Origin: an uncultured archaeon
GTDB taxonomy: Archaea; Thermoplasmatota; Penumbrarchaeia; JASLWR01
DNA length: 64,000 bases
Direction of reading: 5' to 3'
Assembly: GCA_964342815.1 (NCBI GenBank)
Contig: CAYFHS010000012.1
Coordinates: 1-64,000, forward strand
In this document: one piece after another, positions 58,617-64,000 of the stretch
How the letters are laid out: the number at the start of each line of letters is the position of its first letter
Position numbering within the stretch: the stretch's first letter is position 1
Made by a program: the position numbers and the translations under genes
The notes under the pieces: model-generated
The model's database searches: none
What the model was told of the DNA's origin: nothing
Seen by the model: the letters and a program-made list of their open reading frames with translations, nothing else

Positions 58617-59072
58617 ATGATCAGCGGTGTAGAACTAAAATCCTTGAAGATCAATCTAGATGACAGAGGATATTTGATGGAGATCCTCCGCAATGACGAA
58701 CCCTTTTTCAGCGGTTTCGGCCAATGTTATATTACCAGCTGCTTTCCAGGTATTGTCAAAGCCTGGCATATGCATGAACGCCAGGAAGATAATATCTGTG
58801 CTATCAAGGGAAACATAAAATTGGTCCTCTCTGACCTGAGAAAGAAATCTCCAACATTGGCTGATATTAACGAATTCTTCATTGGCGAACAAAATCCACT
58901 GCTCATCAAGGTACCACCGGGAGTATACCACGGGTTCACCTCTCTAGGTGGTGAAACGGCGTTTCTTCTGAACATACCCTCGGAACCTTTCAACAGGAAG
59001 AAACCGGATGAGCATCGACTTCCTTATGACACCCGAAAGATCGATTATTCATGGTCAGATATCAATCGTTAA
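58617..59072 (+). CDS. dTDP-4-dehydrorhamnose 3,5-epimerase family (RmlC-like cupin)
   Basis: DDRGYLMEILR, GIVKAWHMH.RQ.D and VPPGVYHGF. Confidence 0.88.
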   Translation: MISGVELKSLKINLDDRGYLMEILRNDEPFFSGFGQCYITSCFPGIVKAWHMHERQEDNICAIKGNIKLVLSDLRKKSPTLADINEFFIGEQNPLLIKVPPGVYHGFTSLGGETAFLLNIPSEPFNRKKPDEHRLPYDTRKIDYSWSDINR

Positions 59073-59106
59073 CCAGCAGATTTATCATTTACAAAGGAGA
59101 CAATAG

Positions 59107-60270
59107 ATGGGAAGGTCCTCCCGTGGAAAAGAGGCAAGAACACATTACCAGATACTAGGTGTTCAGTTCAATGCCACCAAGGCGGAGATCAAAAAAGCTT
59201 ACCGAAGATTGGCGGAGAAATATCATCCAGACCGGACTCGGGACCTACCGGAACACATACGTAAAAAATACGAAAAAGAAATGAAATTGATAAACATGGC
59301 TAAAGACGTTGTTCTAAATCCCACCAGCCGTTCATTTTACAACTACAAACTAGGTTTTTGCGACAGCGTGGAGGTTTTTGAAGAAGAGATCGAGGAAGTA
59401 GAACCCTTGTCAGGTGAAGGTGACCCTGCTGGCTCGCCACACTTTCAAGCCGAGCCAGAAGGCGACATAGAAACGAATGTTTCTATTAGCCCTAATAGAA
59501 TCTATGATTCTATGTCGGGACTCGACTTGTCAGGTAAAGGCGATTCGGATGGTTCCCATTTCATTCCGACGCATCAAGATGCGCCTAAACCCTCGGTTGG
59601 AAAGCCAGCTGGATCACAACACAGGACGGGTAGAGACTTGTCAAATGATAAGGGTAACATAGACGGGATCGATAGGTCATATGTTTCTTTCGGAACCAAC
59701 CCCGAAAGGGAGAACTCTGAAGAAGAATTATCTTCTGAAGATATAGACGAGGATTACGAAATCGCCGCAGAAGTGGTGGAGTTCTTCAGGGAAGAAAACG
59801 AAGGTTTGGAAGAACCCGAATTGGTTGCCGAAGTGGTAGATATTATCGATGATTCATCCGATTATACCTCACAAGATATGTACCATGAGGATATTGATCC
59901 GATTTCCAACGGTAGTCTGAATGATGAAAAAAATGATTCCAATGAACGGGAGATTACAGAGATCAATAATAATTACGAGGAAGCAAACTTAGAAGACAGA
60001 ATTCCTTTCTGGGATGAAGAACCGGTCCGGAAAAGACCAGTTAATGAATTCAAAAAGATCCATCCCCCCCTACCAAAACAAAATAATCCCGATACCGGTA
60101 GCCAGAATTTATTTATCAGAGGAACGGGTTATCACTTGGAGGTACGCCCGGTCAGTCTGTATCAGGACGACAATGTCACAATCGAGGTTACGGCGTCCGG
60201 CCTCAAGTACCGGGACCTGAAGAAGAGAACTCGAAACAGAAAAAAGGGGGATAAAAACCATCACGGATAA
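59107..60270 (+). CDS. J-domain protein with a long acidic disordered region
   Basis: THYQILGV...[16 protein letters not shown]...[11 protein letters not shown]; no Zn-finger or CTD of a class A DnaJ. Confidence 0.85.
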   Translation: MGRSSRGKEARTHYQILGVQFNATKAEIKKAYRRLAEKYHPDRTRDLPEHIRKKYEKEMKLINMAKDVVLNPTSRSFYNYKLGFCDSVEVFEEEIEEVEPLSGEGDPAGSPHFQAEPEGDIETNVSISPNRIYDSMSGLDLSGKGDSDGSHFIPTHQDAPKPSVGKPAGSQHRTGRDLSNDKGNIDGIDRSYVSFGTNPERENSEEELSSEDIDEDYEIAAEVVEFFREENEGLEEPELVAEVVDIIDDSSDYTSQDMYHEDIDPISNGSLNDEKNDSNEREITEINNNYEEANLEDRIPFWDEEPVRKRPVNEFKKIHPPLPKQNNPDTGSQNLFIRGTGYHLEVRPVSLYQDDNVTIEVTASGLKYRDLKKRTRNRKKGDKNHHG

Positions 60271-60391
60271 ACGAGTATTTCCCGGTGCAAGCGAACAGAT
60301 GTTCCAAGATTATCGGCAGAGGCGTATATATAAGAAAAATATAGATACTTTATTAAATTTCAGTTCCTAAGGTTTATCGAAGGTGTCCTCG

Positions 60392-63300
60392 ATGTTAGAG
60401 TTTACCAACAGCTCTCTAAAAAAGGCCCTACTCGGGTTTGTCGTAGCCCTGCTATTTCTGATACCAATTATAATAGACGCTGAATCTCCGACATCCGGTG
60501 GAAAATTGCATGTACATATAGAAAACGTACAAGAAAATGACCCAATTTCGAATGTAAATGGCGAACCGACCAGCGGCATTACAGGAACCAGGAGTATATT
60601 GATCGAGGAGAGTTTCGAGAGCTACGATAATCTGGACAATACCAGCACCACTGCATTATTGTCCGATGGCAAGGCAATGCTATCGAGAACCCCGGCACCC
60701 GATAAAAAGACAACAATAAGCATTGACCTTGACTGGCTTTCGAATCCTGTCCATACTTATCCCTTTCATCCCAACGCCATGACCTATGATCCAATGATTC
60801 CATGTCTGGTTCTATCACTCCAGGGTCCAAAGGTACTGTACCGTGTAAATCTGGACAATGGAGACAAGCTCGATGAGATTCCAACCATAAGCAACAATAA
60901 TAGCGGGATTGCGTACAACGGGGATTATTACTATTACTCTGTGGGTGCTGACTCCGATTCCAGTAAACCTGACGTATATAAATATCAAAAGGGCCAGGAT
61001 AAGACCGCTGAATTTATTTCCAGTAAATCCAGCAAGGATGGATATCCCCTTACAGTGGTGGGCAATTATATTTACAGGGGAAAGGGCTATGAAGACGGAA
61101 GCAAGGATTGGGGGAAAATAAACCAGTTAGAAAAGGTGTCTTTGGCGGAACCAGACAAGGTATTGAGCACCTTCCAGCTGGGATTTACGGGGATGACCGA
61201 TCTCGCTTTCGATGGCAAATACATCTGGGTGCTTGTTAACAGCTCTGATAAAGTCTCTTTATATCAATTTGATACGGATGGGAACAGCATTGGGACCTTC
61301 AAGGACTTTTATACTCCGAGAGCCGGGCTCAAACCATGCGGCCTTGCTTACGTTGATGGTACGGGGGATGAAGAAGATTCCCTGTATGTACTACTATACA
61401 AGGAGAGGGGCGAACCCGATAACAGCCAATTGTTAAGGGTGAAGATGACAAGTCGTTATCAGTTAGAAGACACGATAATTTCGAAAACCTATGATGATTT
61501 CGAGGAACCATTATATGCAGTAAAATTCGAAGCTGTAACAACGACAACATCCTCAACCACTCTAGAATATTTCTATTCCAAAGAGAATGGAATAAATTGG
61601 GAGGAGGCAAATCTGAACGAATGGATCGATTTCGAAGAACCGGTGAACAAACTTTCCTATAAGATAATATTGGGTACACGAAATCACGAAAAAACTCCTA
61701 CATTATCCAACCTGAAAGTGCTGAAGAACGAGGTAGAAACTCCCGTTGCCAACTCCCCCACACATAATTTTTGGGCCAACACAGCGAACGTGAATTTCAA
61801 ATGGACCTTCAATGATCCAAACGAAGGTGACGCACAGGCGGCATTCGAGATTGAATTAGCTGAAAGTGACACGTTCAGCACGATTTACCGGGAACAGACC
61901 GTAACAAGCTTGGAAAGAAGCCATACTTTCACCGAAAATTTAAAAGACGGATTATTTTACTGGAGAGTTCGAACAAAGGACGATCACAATCAATGGAGCG
62001 CCTTTTCCGACCCATTCCTCGTCAATGTAAATTGGATATCTCCAGTGGGAAGTGTGATCATTAACAATGACAACCTTACCACCGATGACCGGAAAGTAGA
62101 ATTGACCCTCGCTGCAGATGGTACCTACCCAGGCGTCATAGAGATGTATATCAGCAATAACCCCGCGGCTCCCAAAGACGGATCAGCATGGGAAATTTAC
62201 GTGACAAGTTTCAACTGGACCTTGGATAAGGAACTTGGTGAGAAAACAGTCCATGTCTGGTACCGTGACGAAAACGATCTGAAAAGTACTGTTGCAAAGG
62301 CCACCATCACTCTAGAAGAAAAAGCCGTCGATGTCGATACGGGAATTCTGGGTTGGGGAAAGATCGGAGCGGATTCAAAGGGGTATGGGGGCGTTGATAT
62401 TTTTTACATCGTTCTCATCTTGGTTTTAATCGTTATCGTAGTAGTAGTGATCTTTGTAATAAAGAACAGAGGTGGAGGAGATTATTACGACGATGACTAT
62501 GACGATGATGATGAAGAGGAGGAAGATGATCTGGATGTTCTGGAACAGATCCGTCGGAAGCGGAAGAAGGAAATGGGTGCGGAAATAAAGGAAGAGAAAG
62601 AGGACGTGATAGAGGAGGAAGAAGAGGAGGAAGAGAAATTCGAGAAAAAAGCCCACGGCCGCTATACCGACCTTTCAACGGAAGACGATTTTTCCATGGG
62701 CACCAGTCGTTACGGTGTTCCAGAAGAAGAAGAAAAAAAAGAAGAAAAGGAACTCAGCGGTCCGTATTCCATGAAATCATTGGAGGACGATTTCTCATTG
62801 GAACCCCAGAGATACGGGGGCCCTCCTTCCTTGGATGATTTCATGAAGAATATCGAGGACATGAGTGAAGAACCTCAAGCAGAAGAGAAAAAGTCCGCAT
62901 CCATGCCCAAGGAAAAAGAAAAGACGCTCTCAAAAGAGGAAGCAAAGAAAGCCAGGGAACAGATAGAAATGCTGAAAAAACGCCGCCTGGACATTCTGGA
63001 TTCATTGAGGTCAACTACAGACAGCCGCAGACAGAAAGCACTTGAGCAGCAAATGGACGATATTCAGCAGCTGATTATTGGATTGAGAAAACATCTTCCC
63101 GCTGACGAAGAAGTGGACGAAGTCACTGAAGAGGAAGCCCCACCCACGGTAGAGGCGGAAAAGATTGAGGTAATGGATGTACCCAGCGATATAAAGGACC
63201 AGTTGAAAGAGGGAGCGAGACGAGATAAAAAACGCGGGGTTGGCTTTGGATTTCTGGACCAAGAAGTAGCAGACACGGAAGAAAAAACCTCGCAACAACA

Positions 63301-64000
63301 ACCGATATCTCCGGAAGTCCAAGCGAGGTTGGCACAGATACTCCAACAGTTACAGGTACTTCAACAGCAGCAGCTTGCGGTGCAGAACCAGATGCGGCAA
63401 ACATCCGAACCCGGACAGCAGAGATTATTGAATCAACAGGTACAGGTGATGGCACAACAACAGCAGGCATTGCAGCAGGAAGCTCAAAGACTTCAACAAC
63501 AGTCACAGCAAAAGTCACCCACGGAGGAAAAGACCGCAATATCACCCGAAGTGGAAGCTAAACTGGCACAGATTCTTCAACAGCTGCAGGTCCTGGCTCA
63601 ACAGAAAATGGCAGTACAGAACCAGATGCGGCAGACTGCGGATCCTCAGATGCAGCAGACACTTAACCAGCAGTACCAGACCATAACGCAGCAACAACAG
63701 ACATTGCAGCAGCAGGCGCAGTTACTTCAACAACAGGCTGCAGCGCTTCAACCTGAAGCAGCAGCACCACAGCCCGAACCGGCGGTAGCACCTTCGGACG
63801 TGGAGGCAAAGGCAAGACAGATACTTCAGCAACTTCAGGCACTTGCTCAACAGCAGATAGCGATACAGAATCAGATGCGGCAGACCACAGACCCGGCGCA
63901 AAAACTGACATTGGCTCAGCAGGATCAAGCTTGCAAACAGCAGATGGAAGCTCTGAAAGCACAGGCTGCAGCGCTTCATCAGCAGTCTCAGTACCAACCA
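60392..64000 (+). CDS. Large single-pass membrane protein (beta-propeller-like and FN3/Ig-like ectodomain, TM, acidic region, Gln-rich repeats); 3'-truncated and absent from the ORF track
   Basis: Read by hand: ATG 60392 after AGGTG stays open for 1203 codons to the window end (MLEFTNSSLKKALLGFVVALLFLIPIII...). TM IFYIVLILVLIVIVVVVIFVI near 62400-62460. Confidence 0.85.
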   Translation, partial: MLEFTNSSLKKALLGFVVALLFLIPIIIDAESPTSGGKLHVHIENVQENDPISNVNGEPTSGITGTRSILIEESFESYDNLDNTSTTALLSDGKAMLSRTPAPDKKTTISIDLDWLSNPVHTYPFHPNAMTYDPMIPCLVLSLQGPKVLYRVNLDNGDKLDEIPTISNNNSGIAYNGDYYYYSVGADSDSSKPDVYKYQKGQDKTAEFISSKSSKDGYPLTVVGNYIYRGKGYEDGSKDWGKINQLEKVSLAEPDKVLSTFQLGFTGMTDLAFDGKYIWVLVNSSDKVSLYQFDTDGNSIGTFKDFYTPRAGLKPCGLAYVDGTGDEEDSLYVLLYKERGEPDNSQLLRVKMTSRYQLEDTIISKTYDDFEEPLYAVKFEAVTTTTSSTTLEYFYSKENGINWEEANLNEWIDFEEPVNKLSYKIILGTRNHEKTPTLSNLKVLKNEVETPVANSPTHNFWANTANVNFKWTFNDPNEGDAQAAFEIELAESDTFSTIYREQTVTSLERSHTFTENLKDGLFYWRVRTKDDHNQWSAFSDPFLVNVNWISPVGSVIINNDNLTTDDRKVELTLAADGTYPGVIEMYISNNPAAPKDGSAWEIYVTSFNWTLDKELGEKTVHVWYRDENDLKSTVAKATITLEEKAVDVDTGILGWGKIGADSKGYGGVDIFYIVLILVLIVIVVVVIFVIKNRGGGDYYDDDYDDDDEEEEDDLDVLEQIRRKRKKEMGAEIKEEKEDVIEEEEEEEEKFEKKAHGRYTDLSTEDDFSMGTSRYGVPEEEEKKEEKELSGPYSMKSLEDDFSLEPQRYGGPPSLDDFMKNIEDMSEEPQAEEKKSASMPKEKEKTLSKEEAKKAREQIEMLKKRRLDILDSLRSTTDSRRQKALEQQMDDIQQLIIGLRKHLPADEEVDEVTEEEAPPTVEAEKIEVMDVPSDIKDQLKEGARRDKKRGVGFGFLDQEVADTEEKTSQQQPISPEVQARLAQILQQLQVLQQQQLAVQNQMRQTSEPGQQRLLNQQVQVMAQQQQALQQEAQRLQQQSQQKSPTEEKTAISPEVEAKLAQILQQLQVLAQQKMAVQNQMRQTADPQMQQTLNQQYQTITQQQQTLQQQAQLLQQQAAALQPEAAAPQPEPAVAPSDVEAKARQILQQLQALAQQQIAIQNQMRQTTDPAQKLTLAQQDQACKQQMEALKAQAAALHQQSQYQP

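Noticed and set aside
1-64000. rRNA genes, transposases, integrases, provirus
   Set aside because: No such sequence or motif was recognised anywhere in the window.

Overview
Archaeal chromosomal window, most likely from an uncultured Thermoplasmatota lineage (fused rpoB, N-terminally extended RpoA'', class II HMG-CoA reductase, cofactor-dependent GpmA, fused FTCD). From left to right it holds: the end of a surface-glycan cluster with PAPS synthesis (GT4, GNAT, WbqC, DegT, epimerase, cysC, DHH, sat); an oapABC-type GTPase operon; PGI/PMI and an acyl-CoA dehydrogenase; an intron-containing tRNA-Leu(TAA) preceded by 184-bp tandem repeats built from its own 5' fragments; the rps12-rps7-EF2-EF1A-rps10 operon on the minus strand, detached from rpoH-B-A'-A''-rpl30e, with no nusA in the window; a tRNA-Lys(TTT) with a 147-nt D-loop intron; several large surface or membrane proteins with low-complexity cytoplasmic tails; hisS; nac; a 2448-aa helical-repeat protein; and several highly structured intergenic palindromic elements. 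The most striking item is RpoA'': about 872 aa, apparently starting at an ATA codon, and carrying two tandem copies of a ~120-aa domain that resembles the EVE/PUA-like modified-base reader fold. That fold assignment is my inference from motif patterns and needs structural confirmation. No CRISPR array, transposase, integrase, intein or rRNA gene was seen.
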